NCBI RefSeq assembly: GCF_006345805.1
Contig: NC_043001.1
Span: 105,772,001-105,836,000 of the forward strand
Reading direction: 5' to 3'
Length of the DNA: 64,000 nt
Origin: Octopus sinensis
Taxonomy: Eukaryota
Positions 1 through 13,429 of this stretch are shown piece by piece. The stretch's first letter is position 1. Each line of letters starts with the position of its first letter. The notes under the pieces are model-generated. The model did no database searches. It worked only from the letters and a program-made list of their open reading frames with translations, and was not told the DNA's origin. A program made the translations under genes and the position numbers.

Positions 1-146
1 AATTTTTAAGGAAAGGACCACAGAAAAAGAAAAAGAACCGCCTCAAAGTTAATAGTCGGCAAATACTATAAAGCAACGTATGGAAACCCCATAACATACA
101 TGGCCCAAGGATGAAGCTTGAATTTTGTTTCCCTGGGCGTTGGGAA

Positions 147-163
147 TATATATATATATATTA

Positions 164-196
<33 letters not shown>

Positions 197-218
197 ATAT
201 ATATATATCTATATATAT

Positions 219-306
<88 letters not shown>

Positions 307-310
307 ATAA
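147..310. repeat. (TA)n microsatellite, representative of many (TA)n/(CA)n tracts in the window
   Basis: Direct reading. Others include 1670-1835, 7010-7170, 22340-22590, 41860-41950 and 54120-54275. Confidence 0.97.
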
Positions 311-459
311 TAATAATATCTAGGGAATAATCCAAAATTACAGGGAAAAATCAGATTTAGGATTAAATCGATTTTATAGTAAAATATTATATTAAAATTT
401 TATGTATTGATTAAGTCTTCCCTTGTTTGTTTTGCAAAATAGTGGTTTTGTCTCTAATA

Positions 460-496
<37 letters not shown>

Positions 497-560
497 CATT
501 TTTACCTTTCTTCTTCTAACTTCCTCCGTCTTCCCTTCTTTGGATCTTTCCTTTTCTTAT

Positions 561-595
561 GTTTCTGACGAAGAGCTCCGCTCGAAACGTTAAAC
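561..595 (+). ncRNA. Minimal hammerhead-like ribozyme of a second repeat family (probably PLE-derived; host fragment ~320-620)
   Basis: GTTT-CTGACGA-A-GAGC-TCC-GCTC-GAAACGT-T-AAAC: stem I GTTT/AAAC, 4-bp stem II, palindromic ACGT stem III. Confidence 0.6.
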
Positions 596-617
596 CCTCC
601 TTCTTTCCTTCTTTCCT

Positions 618-656
<39 letters not shown>

Positions 657-1691
657 AAAGAGGTAGATACATATATTTAGACATATATACATACATATAT
701 CCATATATATACATACATATATTGTTCTTTTTTGTGAGTTTACGTATCTTCGTCATTAGAATGCCACCACGTTTAACTATTGCCTTGAGGCGTAAACAGT
801 TGGACGTAATATTTATGTCGTCCGATGCTTATGTCAGCGGCAATCTTTTGCCGAGCCGCTAATTTACGAGGGCCATAAGCAATACAACATCGATTGGGTT
901 ATGCTGATGCATAAATGATAAGTCGCACGCATAAACAGTCTTACATAAACAAGGGATCTCTGCATACTTCCCATTACAATGTCATTCACAAAACATTGGT
1001 TATCACAAATCTACAGGGAAAGATATTTTATGGGGGTATCATGCAGAATAATTGAATACAGATTCACGTGTTGCAAACAAACCTTCTCAACACATACCCA
1101 GACCTGTTTATTTATACTTTATGTTTTGTAGCGAGTCGTCAAATATTAATGATTAAAAATGGTATAGACTGAATCTTAAACAGGGGGCGATTTTATTGAC
1201 TAAATATTATAATATGCTACCATGGCGTATTTGCATCTTTAAGAATAAACAAAAAATATTTGTCTGTATACGCATACATACACACTCAGTGCAGTTATGT
1301 CAGGGCAGCATTATCGTGTGTTTATCCTATCATTTGGAACCTAATATGAAATTTATTCTAATATTTCTTTTCACCGAAATATAATTTTCGAATCGCAAGT
1401 TAGAGGACATAAAGAGTGGCAGCTTAAATACACGCACACACTGCTATAATATTGGAAATTCTGACAATATATGAGAATATATCTGATGGTTATTTTACGT
1501 TGTAAATTGATGATGTGTGACCTAGCATGACTTTTGTAAATTTATGCTTCAACTTTCATTTTAGCAGCATAGCCAGTATATGAAATATTATTTATAGTGT
1601 TATGTTTTTCTAATACTATTATATATAATAATGTACACAGACATATATACATACACACACACACTATATTATAGATATATATATATATATA

Positions 1692-1729
<38 letters not shown>

Positions 1730-1756
1730 ATATATATATATATATGTATATATATA

Positions 1757-1807
<51 letters not shown>

Positions 1808-2170
1808 TATATATATATATATAGATATATATGTATATGCACATACATACACACATACACATTCATTTCTTTTTCATACATATTATTTTTGTGAAGTTTT
1901 TACTCTCAGTATGTAAACGAAAGTGTCAAAAAATATCTTTTCTCTCTTTTGGTGCCAGTAAAATTGAGTTTCGTCTTAGTTCCAAGAACTTTCATGGCAT
2001 ATTTTACATCGATACTTCCATTTTTATTGTTCATGTTAAAGATATAACGGATCATCAAGAACAAAGAGTTACTCTTCCGATATGTGGCATCGAACATGCA
2101 ACAAGCATTTACCTGGTTATATACAAATATTGCATATTTTAATAAGTTTTCTTTTGGGGGTGGGGGCCTA

Positions 2171-2676
2171 AGGCGGAGTGCTGGCAGTAGCGTTAGCACG
2201 CTGGGCGAAATGCGTAGCCGTAATTCGTCTGCCGTTACATTCTGGGTTCAAATTCCACCGAGGTCGACTTTGCCTTTCATCCTTTCGGGGTCGATTAAAT
2301 AAGTACCAGTTACGCACTGGGTCGATGTAATCGACTTAATCCGTTTGTCTGTACTTGTTTGTCCTCTCTATGTTTCTCCTTGTGGGTAGTAAAGAAATAG
2401 GTATATCGTCTCTCTTTATGTTCTGAGTTCAAATTCCGCTAAGGTGGACTTTACCTTTCACCATTTCGAGGTCAATAAATAAAGTACCAGTTACGTACTG
2501 GGGCCGATCTAATCGAATGGACCCCTCCACAAAATTTTCGAGCCTTATGCATAGAGTAGAAAAGAATATTTAAGATTCGATAAATTATGTACCAGTTGCG
2601 TACTGGAGTCGATCTAATTGACTGGCCCCCCTTCCACCCAAAATGTCGTGTCGTGTGCCTAGAGTAGAAAAGAATA
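2171..2676 (+). mobile_element. tRNA-derived SINE family A (GGCGAGCTGGCAG..GAGTTCAAATTCCGCCGAGGTCGAC), head plus tandem body units
   Basis: A/B-box-like head. The body GTCGATAAATAAGTACCAGTT recurs three times. Confidence 0.85.
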
Positions 2677-2932
2677 AGACTTTTGGCTTTAACTATTCGA
2701 ATAATGCGATGAACCAGCGAATAACATAAAAACGTTACAACCTAATGTAATGCAGGTGATTGGTTAGAGGAAAATGCATGACAATAAGTAGATACCATGT
2801 ACATTGCACAAATCTTCCTTCATTTCAAAAAACAGAATAATAATTCATACTATGTTAGTTCACCATTATTCTTTTACTGGTCCCTATTAACATTTATTCG
2901 TATTTCGTATGTATCTATATAATTTCTCCTCG

Positions 2933-3139
2933 GGCGGCGAGCTGGAAGAAACGATAGCCACGCGAAATGTTTAGCAGTATTCCCTTTGTCTTTACATTCT
3001 AAGTTGAAATTCCGCCGAGGTTGACTTTGCATTTCATCCATTCGGGGTCGATAAATTAAGGACCAGTTGCGTACCTAGGTCGATCTAATCGACTGGCCCC
3101 CACCTCCAAAATTTCGGGCTTTGTGCCTAGAGTAGAAAA
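2933..3139 (+). mobile_element. SINE family A
   Basis: Matches 2171-2330. Confidence 0.85.
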
Positions 3140-3580
3140 TATGTATGTAAATTTCTCCTTATAAATTCCACTCCAAATTTCATTCCTAACATTAAAAAAA
3201 AACTAAGTTCTAAAGTTATGTCATAGAACTTTCAAATTATATATTTAATGCAAACACACTTCATGCCGTTAGCCATAATTTTAGGTAATATTCTATTTAT
3301 TTATTGTTCTTGTTATGTTTCAGAAATGTTGACTGTGTTTCCAAAATATGATTCTGGGAGAACAAATGCCTGGCAGGTGCAATATTATGCAAGAACGATT
3401 GGAAAATAAACGGACACATTTATTTATTTTCATGTATGCACACATACATACATACATACACATGCACACACATATATATGCCCATATAAGTATACAGAGT
3501 GAGAGAGAGATACATTCATTCACTTATACTCACCTACATACATACATACATACATACATATCTGTATATCTATGTGTGTA

Positions 3581-3796
3581 TGAGGGGGTGTGGAGAAGTT
3601 CCTCGCTTTAAGGGTGTCGCGAAATGTCTGGCTGGAGGTCCGGCCCTCTAAGTTCATTTCCATTGCATAGAAAAACCGAAGGACCGCTGCAATAATTGTG
3701 TGAATGTGAGAGGGGAATGTGTTGAATAAAAGCATAATTAACTAACCCACCCGCATTTGCCTTTAACCAAAGCCTGGAACTTTTAGGCACTTTTAG
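3581..3796 (+). mobile_element. Short, old mariner deletion derivative
   Basis: TA-flanked, with degenerate TIRs sharing AAGTTCC.xGCTTT. The interior encodes a mariner-like C-terminus IEKPKDRCNNCVNVRGECVE-stop. Confidence 0.65.
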
Positions 3797-4749
3797 TATA
3801 TATGTGTATTTTTGCATGCATGCGTGCGTGTGTATGTATGTGTGAATCATGAGAGACCCGATAGATTTCAGGGCTCAATACGCAAGCATATTGTATTCTT
3901 TGATACATTATAACTTAAAGGGCCAATAGTACTTTACTCCAAGTTTCCGATCTTTCAGCAGACCTTCCGAGCCTGTTTTTTTTCTTGAAGTATGGGTGGT
4001 TTGAATGTATTTCGAAATATGTTACGAGTATTGTGAAGATGACTTTTATCTTTGCAACCGACAAGTACAAAGTTTACATTTTCCGATTCGTTTCTAGCAC
4101 TGATTGGAATACCCCGAGCGTCTTTAATACAAGTTGACTCCCATAACTTGCCGCTTAAAATTGCTTTGTTTTCCACACGCAAACAAACATATGTATGGAG
4201 AGAGAAAGCAAAAGAATGAGAGAGAGAGAGAGAAGAGAGTGGAAAGAGAGAGATTTAGTATTCCAGTAAAATTCTGAATATTTTGTTTTCAGCAATATCT
4301 CCGCGTAACCCGAATAACTGAATAAATACTGGGTAGGTAATTTCTAATATTAAGTTATTTTGCTTAGTGACAAAAGTTAAAACTAATTCGAAATAAATCC
4401 TAAATATATGTGTGCAGATCAAATTTGCTAACAAAATCTCATAATATAATATTTTATAGCCGCTGTAGCATGTTGAAAATAAAATTTAAAAGAAATTATT
4501 TATATTTATGTTAGAAATCAATACAGTCTGTTGGAAATAAATGTTTTATAATCGTATTATCTATGGTCTGAGTGTAGGATATCGGTAAAGAAGTTATAGT
4601 TACATAACTTTTCAATGGCTACTTAGACAAACTTAAATAAGCTTTTGATAGGTTTCGGCTAAAATTTTGCACAGGCCATAAGTTATTTTATATTACGAGG
4701 ATCAAGTTTGGTAATGTCGTTTCCCATTCAAGTAGATCGTTTTTATTTT

Positions 4750-6060
4750 CTGAGATGGATACAGGCATTGTTGACTTGTCTGGTACCCCTAGGTGAAATT
4801 TATTTTGAAGGTTATGGGATCCTGTTCTGCTTTGATTTGATGTGGGATAATGTCATATAGAACAGGGTTTCTGATAGAAAATTGTGTTACAGTGTATTTA
4901 TGAGTTACGAGCGTGAATTGTGTAAGGAGGGTATGGCACGTAGCCCCATTCTTGGATGAATTCTGAATTCGAAGCAAGGATCTTTTAAGCAATGCTGCTG
5001 GTGTGTTCTTCAATATTGTGTAAATAATACAGATGTTCACAGTAGTGTTGGAGAAAATTAAATTTCAATGTTTTAAGGCGATCCCAATACACAAAGTCAG
5101 TCATCCCTTTTATTTTACAAGTGATTGTTCGAATAATGTTTCAGTTGTTGTGAGGATATATCAGTATTCTAGGTTTCGCGGTACAAAGAAGGGGAAAATA
5201 GAAATGATGACAGATTGCTCTATAGACCGGAAATTCTTCGGATCCTGGATTCATTTCGACTTTATTGTGGATGCGAGAACTTCGGCCATTATTGTTGTTA
5301 ACAATCACTCAAAACCCTGGATATTATTGAATGTTGTGAGTAGTTCAACTGAAGGAAATGAATATGGTAGTCTGAGTGCATTTTATGTTCCAAAGCGCAC
5401 GAGTTCAAATGGTCACTCATTTAACCTTACGTTCTATTTATCCGCCCATATGCTTAGAGCATGCAAATCAGATTTGGTCTTCTTCTGCATTTATAATATT
5501 TGAAGCTTGAAGTCATCTACGAATATTTTTATTAGGCTGTGATTGATTACGCTTAAATCCGTTTATGTAGACGATAAAGAGAAGCGGTTCTACAACAATC
5601 TCTTGGAGAATATATCTGGTGATTTTTGCTGGGCATCAGTCGATTTCATTTACCACAGCATATCGAATTTTTGTTCATCAAAAAATACTTAATGCGGTAC
5701 AGTAATTTTGACAGGACGATGTTGTGATCGACTTTGCTGAAGTCAAGATATACAAATCATAGTTCGAACCTGTTCTCAAATCTTTAACGATATAATTGAT
5801 GTGATATAAAAACTTTCAAAGCAGTCTCCACCACTGCAAAGGCCATACTAACTGGAATTTAGATTATAGCTTTCCAGGAAGCCAATTATCCACTCTTTCA
5901 AACACTTTCAAGACATGGGAGGCCAGAGAGATTGGGCAATAATTTACTACATGAGACCTGAAATATTGGGATAAGAATATCCCATGTGAATAGCCTGGTA
6001 GTAAAGAATTCTTCGGGTGGTTTACTTCAGGGTATACAAGATGGTCGAGTAGCAGGGAAT
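4750..6060 (-). mobile_element. Highly degenerate CR1/L2-like LINE, same type as 60660-62030
   Basis: NYCPISLASHVLKVFERV; TITCKIKGMTDFVYWDRLKTL. Confidence 0.75.
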
Positions 6061-7000
6061 CTAGCAAAGCATACCACAGAATAATGCTTGCTTTCATACA
6101 GACTCCATGTTAGTAAACCAGTTTTCTCTGTGTGGATTTCTATGTACAAAATATTGTATGGGTCCCCAAAAGCCACATGGAGCCCAGTTCAGTACTACTG
6201 TCCTAAACACTGATATCATATAAATGTGTTTTCGCTCTAGTAAACAGTAAATTTCTGTGTGTCTTGCATTTGAGAATTTAAGAATTAATAAATCTAATAA
6301 TTTAAGAAAATTAACTCGGTAACCCGAATGTGTTTTCCCGACTGGAATAAATCGATGCTTTATAGCAACCAATAATTATATATTCGAACATGACTTCAAC
6401 TTTTGTCATATAAAATACATATAATTTGCTGTTGGAATGAGATACATTCAGCAGATATTGAAAGAATGCTCAACAAATGCATTTCATTGTTGAACTCAGA
6501 TATAATTCCAATATTACGATGATGATGTGGTTTCTTCTACTGTTATGACGTAGTAATTGAACCCATGATATAATCATATTTCCGAATAATAACGTGGAAG
6601 TAAGAACGTGCACTTGTCTTACACAAATTTATTTGATATTTAATAAGCTAACCTGAGGGTAATTTAATATAATAAAATGCTCGTGATATGAATACCTATA
6701 CATGTGAAGACAGTAATTAGTTAGTGTATATTATTTAATTTTCTTAAAACGTAGTAAATAAGACTGTATGTGACATTCTGAATTCTAGTTGATAAAGTAA
6801 GAAACATGGATAGTAAATGTTATGTAGGAGGATAAAATAAGAATGTTTAGATATTTAGACGTTTGACGTCGTGAGGCAGAGAGTGAGGAGAGAAGATTCG
6901 ATGCAAAAAATAAACCGATCTCGACAAAGTGGAAAGGTTATTCATGCTAATTGTTCCAATATCTGTGCAAGATACATACACAAACAAAGACACACACACG

Positions 7001-7060
<60 letters not shown>

Positions 7061-7106
7061 TATACAAATACATATAAAGAGTACGTGTGCACGTATATGT
7101 ACATAC

Positions 7107-7175
<69 letters not shown>

Positions 7176-7313
7176 TGTACATATACACAAATATACACAA
7201 CGAAAGACGTACACACATTCACCTCGAGCATGTAGTTCAATGGAGCAGCGGAACTGAACCTAGAACAATGTGGTCGGGAAATAAGCTTATATCCACTCAG
7301 CCACATAAATATA

Positions 7314-7375
<62 letters not shown>

Positions 7376-10189
7376 ATGTGTGTGTGTGTGTAATATATGT
7401 ACATATATTTTAATACCTGTAAATATGTATACATTAATCTGATACGCCCATAATTATGAACATGTGGTGGGTTTCATTTCTTTACCTAATTTATTTAAAA
7501 CCTAGATATACATGGTTCTGGTTCACACTTATGAATATAATTATATATTTGGTAAGTCGCTGTTATACATAGCATCAATGGAAATATTGATGTTCTCTTA
7601 ACCATAACGAGTATAATTTCGTTAACATTCACCGATACACATATTACATAATACTTACTTGCAAATCCTCTGGAAGTATTCTTAATTTATGTCTCTTTAA
7701 CACTGATTAAATTCCAACGATATTCGGAGATCCTTTCTTTTCAGTTAATGTATATACATGATTCTATTGTTCTGTGTGATTGCAAAGTTAATTTGCGAAT
7801 TACAGAGATGTGCAATAATGTTGGCGTCTCCTTACTGGTGATAAATTTCAATAATCTACATCTTACACGAATATCATGTATATATATTTAGACTAAACAC
7901 TTGAACTCTTTCTTAAAATGAAGAAACAACGAAAATCGTATGGATTTCTACCTCGAAAAGGATACTTATTTTCAAAAGCGGCTTACGTCATTTAGGATAA
8001 AATTCAAACTCAACATAAAAGTGCTATTAACTATATTTTAATATACCAACATTAATTATAATAATATGTATTAGCTAGAGCCAAAAGAGGGACACGGTCA
8101 GGTGATTATGTGAAGGGAGAGGGTGAAGAGTTTAACGGCTAGAGAGAATAGTATTAGTGATGTGAACCTGGAGATAGGTATTTGTTGTGTGGACGCCCTC
8201 AGGCGATGAATTAGGCAAGTTCAATACGTAGATATAGAGGGAGAAGCCTAGACGTCATTAGAATGAAAGAGACGTTGAGTAGAAGGTATCAGATAGGAGG
8301 AAAAGAGAGAAGAGAAAAGCCAAAATAAAAGAAAGAAAATTAAAGGAAACGGTGTATGGTATTACGTAACCTACCCGAAAAATATTGAAACAGAAGAAAA
8401 TACTTAAGTTATACCAAAGAGTAGGAGTAAAGATACCAGCATACATATATACAGAGGACATGAAGGCGATAGTAATTGAAGAGGAAAGTTATAAAAGACT
8501 ACAAGAAATGTGTGGAGATAATATCGACCCATCAGGAATAACGGTGGAATTCAAAGTAGTGGATTTAATAGATATCGAACCACTAATGAAATATCACTAA
8601 AAATAAATAGGTATGTCAAAGCGACAGGAAAAAAGAAAAGAAAAAGAAAAGTGGGTGGGGGAGAAAAAAGAAAGAGTAAGTGTTTTATGTTATGTTTAAT
8701 AATGTCGGAAAATATAACAATTTTAGAGAACATATAACGGTTCAAATAATTGTAATGGTAGACGATAATTAATTGTTAGTTAAATACATGATAAAAACGG
8801 ACAGGTTAAAAAGATTAATGATAATGCATGTGATGAGGGGTGCATGCAGTCATTCATAACCCCATTGTTGTATAATCATCTCATCATATTCGTTCTATGT
8901 ATTGTCCCTTCTGTGGTGTTCTGTCTGTCCTTGTTTGTCCCCCTCTATGTTTGAGCCCTTGTGGCTAATAAAGAAACAGAGCGAAGGAGAAGTTGAGTAG
9001 ATGGCATCGAAATGTGCGACATTACAGTATTGCAATGATCTTGTGTAGAAGAGGCAAAGTGAGATGAAAAGAGCATGTGTTTTTTTTAAAGGAGATTAAC
9101 ATCCATGTAGTTGTCTAGCTATATTGATAAATACATCTGCGGATAGAAGATAGAAAGTTTGATGTCTAAATATGTCGATAGGTAGTTAAATGGAAGTGAA
9201 AAAACCCTAAACAGCAAAGAGTTTTAGATATTGTCGTTTAATTTTACTAGGTATCCCTGCAAAAACACTGTAGACACACTGTGTCTCTTAAATTATTTAG
9301 GGTGTTAATTACTTTTTACCGGGTTTAGATACCTATCCATATTGTGAGAGTTAACAGATACATACATGAACAGAAAGGAAATAAGATATGATAGACAGAA
9401 AAATATGCAGACAAGTAGGTAGGTTGGTCTGTAGGTAGGTAGGTAAGTAGGTAGATTGGTCTATAGGTATAACAGTATACAGATAGATAAATAGATATAT
9501 ATCATAGGTTTTCAAATAAACGTATTAAGATTTGTTAAAACATTACCAACGTATACTAGCAGAATAATATTTCAGATAATGTCTTCGATTTTATTCCATA
9601 CTAAGGTTTGTTTACTTGTTGACGTAAAATGAAAAATAATCGATAACAATTCGCAAAATAGAAAATGTGACAATATATCTTTCAGAGATGTTGCTTCTTG
9701 CGATTGCACCTTCAATACGGCCTATGTGAACTTTTACACCATCTCAAGATTAAAATACTTCACACAAGCATACAGTTCCGTCTAAAAAATTTCAGAACTA
9801 CCGTGGAATTACCACGTGAACTGGTAGAATTTAAAAGTATTATAATTATTGTTGTTGCTTGGTTGTTGTTATTAATTTGAAGACAAGAACTCTTGTGTAC
9901 CTCGGGGGGTTTTGATATGATTCTTTAAATTATGTTTTCAGATATATCAAAAATCGATTTCAGGTTTATTCTCCTGGGGCTAATGTAAACTGTATTCGTT
10001 TTAATGTGTATTAAGTCTAATATATACTTACGTCATACTTGTGCGGAGAAGTCTCTATGGGAATTATATGCATCATATTTATAATATAATGACATACTAT
10101 CAATTCGTAAATGAAATATAAATGAAAAATGTGAGAATATGTGCAACCAGAACATACCGCTCCAATGCGCAACCCTTTTCATTCTCATT

Positions 10190-10750
10190 GTCACCACAGG
10201 GCAAACCAGCAATTGCTTTGTTCAAACGTGCATGTCTTCACTCTCTAAGCCATTAATGTTTACCAAAGATAAAAAATAACATCTACTAACGCTTTGCTCC
10301 AGTGACCATGTTAGAGAAGTTTACACGAGAATGCAGAGAACCGTAGCAGTTACAACTTCTGTTTTGTCCGGCAATCCATCACACTTGGGTGATAGTACAT
10401 CACCATGTCTTCAAACGATGAAACTTTGATTTGAAGTAGATATGATCTGAAATTCGATGACAAAGGAACAATTCGCGCAAGGCTGTAACAACCATTCGGT
10501 GATGTGATTTTTAATAAGAGATCATACCTAGTCTGTGTTTTGATAATGCAACAAATATTGAATGGAGGGAGTTTTCTGCTGGATATGTACAAATAGCAAA
10601 TGCTTCCATACATTACTTTTCAAAATCTGGAATCTAGGCAGCTGGATGACATTGGAGAAGACCAGTAATCTGTGGTGAAACTTGCAAACACATTTGAAAA
10701 AAAACACAGGTTGATATATTTACTGCTTCAGGTTGGTGACTTCCGGTATG
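10190..10750 (+). pseudogene. Possible very old Helitron PIF1 helicase remnant
   Basis: Scattered motif echoes in plausible order: VAVTTS, MI*NSMTK, QPFGDVI, SNLWxNLQTHLKKNT, YLLLQVGD. Many stops. Confidence 0.28.
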
Positions 10751-10983
10751 GAGTCTTTGTTATTACTTGTGAAATGTCGAAAGATGATTTAATTTGATTA
10801 CGTAAGGTGCAGGAGTGGCTGTGTGGTAAGTACCTTGCTTACCAACTACGTGGTTCCGGATTCAGTCCTACTGCATGGCACCTTGGGCAAGTGTCTTCTA
10901 CTATAGCCTCGGGCCGACCAAAGCCTTGTGAGTGGATTTGATAGACGGAAACCTAAAGAAGCCTGTCGTATAAATATAAGTTT
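10578..10983 (+). repeat. Direct duplication, copy 1 (non-SINE sequence plus SINE 5' half)
   Basis: About 95% identical by eye to 12186-12599, with shared SINE-diagnostic changes. Confidence 0.9.
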
Positions 10984-11188
10984 ACAATCATAGAAACCCG
11001 CTAAATATATTTTGCATTTGTTTCTAAATGTTTCAAATTTCCTCTGACAAATGAACCTAACCACTTAGTTGTCCCAACCAATATAACAGTTTTGTGTGTA
11101 TTTAATAGCTAGCTAACGTAATAACTTTAATAAATATCAGGATACTAAATAAAAAAAGGAAGAAACACATAAATGAGCTCCTTAAATA

Positions 11189-12092
11189 CGACGTCTGATC
11201 AATAAGAATCAGGACTGTTGCCATAGTAACAAAGATAAAGCAATAAGAGTGAAGCTGCCTAGGAGAGATTGGCCTTGATTTCTACTGTGTATGAGCACTA
11301 AGTTTTAACCTTCTAGCTCACTTCCGCTGTTTACAGTAGTGCTTGGAAGGAAGGTGTGTAGCGTGTGATCGTCGCATTGACAATAGACAGAGAGATAGAG
11401 AAAAAGAGAGAGCTATCATGGTGATACCTGCTCAAAGACAGACGCAAAGTTAGGAGAAGTGTATGGAGAGGATTGAAACAGCCGCACACAAGTGTACGAG
11501 TATTTAAGATGTTTCCAAGACGGCCGAAAAATGTCCATATTGACGAACGTTCTGGGAGACCCACAACCAGCAGGACTGAGAAAAAACATTGCAGATGTGC
11601 GTGCAGTGTGAAGGGAAACCGTCGAATAACCATCCGTGAAATATCAGAGGATGTGCAGATTAGTTACGGTTCAGTTCAGTCCATTATCACTGAAGATTTG
11701 GGTATGAGACGCAACTCTGCCAAGTTTGCACCCAAACTACTTTCAGCTGACCAAAAAGACACTCGGCTTTCGGTTGCACAAGTTTGTCTCGATTGTATCG
11801 AGAACGATGAAAACGTCTTGAAAACTTTGCGTAGGACACTAAGCAGTTATTGCCAACAATTTGATGCACATTGATGCACATCTATGCACATTCTGTGCTC
11901 AACGTCTATCATGTTCAATGCGACGATCACACGCTATACACTTTCCATCCCAGCACTGCTCTAAACAGTACAAGTGAGCTAGAACGTTAAAACTGAGGGC
12001 GCATGCACAGCGAATTTCAAGGCCAATCTGCGCCAAGCAGCTTTAGCTTCGTTACTATGGGAACGATCCGGATACTTATTGATCAGACCTCG
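11189..12092 (+). mobile_element. Non-autonomous mariner derivative with ~190-200-bp terminal inverted repeats and an N-terminal transposase fragment (11473-11874)
   Basis: Ends TA-CGACGTCTGATCAATAAG ... CTTATTGATCAGACCTCG-TA. 11189-11388 pairs imperfectly with 11904-12092. The ORF has DERSGRPTTS, RRITIREISE, AKFAPKLL. Confidence 0.88.
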
Positions 12093-12185
12093 TAGAATAA
12101 ATAAAATGCAAATATATATTTTAACACGAGTGTTTCTAAATAAATGGCATATTTGTTATCTTTCATGTAGTTTTCAAAACATCAC

Positions 12186-12599
12186 GCTGGGTATGTACAA
12201 ATAGCAGATGCTTCCATACATTACTTTTCAAAATCTGGAATGTGATGACATTGGAGATGTGGATGACATTGGAGAAGACCAGTAATCTGTGGGGAAACTT
12301 GCAAACACATTTGAAAAAAACACAAGTCGATATATTCACTGCTTCAGGTTGGTGACTTCCGGTATGGAGTCTTTGTTATTACATGTGAAATGTCGAAAGA
12401 GGATTTAATTTGATTACGTAAGGCGCAGGAATGGCTGTGTGGTAAGTACCTTGCTTACCAACTAGGTGGTTCCGGGTTCAGTCCTACTGCATGGCACCTT
12501 GGGCATGTGTCTCCTACTATAGCCTCGGGCCGACCAAAGCCTTGTGAGTGGATTTGGTAGACAGAAATTGAAAGAAGCCTGTTGTATAAATATAAGTTT
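12186..12599 (+). repeat. Direct duplication, copy 2
   Basis: As above. This copy continues into the SINE 3' half. Confidence 0.9.
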
Positions 12600-12795
12600 G
12601 CGTGTCTGTGTTTGTCCCCCACCTACCATCGCTTAACTATCGATATTGGTGTGTTTAGGTACGCGTAACTTAGCGATTTGGTAAAATAACCGATAGAATA
12701 AGTACACATGTTACAAAGAATAAGTCCTGGGGCCGATTTGTTCAACTAAAAGCGGTGCTCTAGCATGGCCGTAGTCAAATGACTGAAGCGATAAA
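12420..12795 (+). mobile_element. tRNA-derived SINE family B (AGGCGCAGGAGTGGCTGTGTGGTAAG..ACCTTGGGCAAGTG), near full length
   Basis: tRNA-like head, CORE-like ACCTTGGGCAAGTG, 3' AAAGGCGGTGCTCCAGCATGGCC-like tail. Confidence 0.85.
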
Positions 12796-13285
12796 ACAAT
12801 AATTCTTTATGAAGTCAATCACTCTTAACACATAAGTTGATTGTAATGTATGTTGAAATATTCCTCGAAAGAGAGGCGGTTGACATTGTTTTCTCTCAGC
12901 TTAGAATGTTCAAATGTAAGTGGAGTTTTAATATAGATATAAATGTTCATTACACACATGTGAGTGAGAACACTTTGAGATATTTTTGGTATCTAACATA
13001 TGTCAGATACTGCGAGCGCTGCTTCTGATTGGTCAATCCATGGTGATGACCCGAGGTCACGGTGACGGCACTACTTTTGTCATTCATCAGTTATCAGTCA
13101 TTTCACCTGAAAACTTAGCGCTATAAAGTCGGACTATCTTCCTGCGGCATGACATCTTTTACAGTTACACATTGTGACGTCACTGACGTGAAATCAAGCT
13201 ATATTCATGCGCGCTTCAACACGATGTGAAGAATTTAGTTATTGGGTTAATAAAATATGGTCGTTTATTCGTGTGTAATAAATAA

Positions 13286-13429
13286 AATACCAAACTCATT
13301 CCCTATGGATACCGTATTTATTACAACTCGTGGCTTGTAAACGTATCTAACGAGCGAAAGCGAGTTAGATACGTTTACAAGCCACGAGTTGTAATAAATA
13401 CGGTATCCATAGGGAACTCGTTTGGTATT
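13286..13429. repeat. Long hairpin (53-bp perfect stem plus 10-bp outer stem) at the end of a ~12950-13440 non-autonomous DNA element, Crypton-like (tentative)
   Basis: 13299-13351 is the exact reverse complement of 13364-13416, with loop GAGCGAAAGCGA. CTGATTGGTCAA lies near 13025. Confidence 0.8.

Noticed and set aside
5033-5503. 156-aa plus-strand ORF
   Set aside because: It is the antisense shadow of the degenerate CR1-like LINE on the minus strand.
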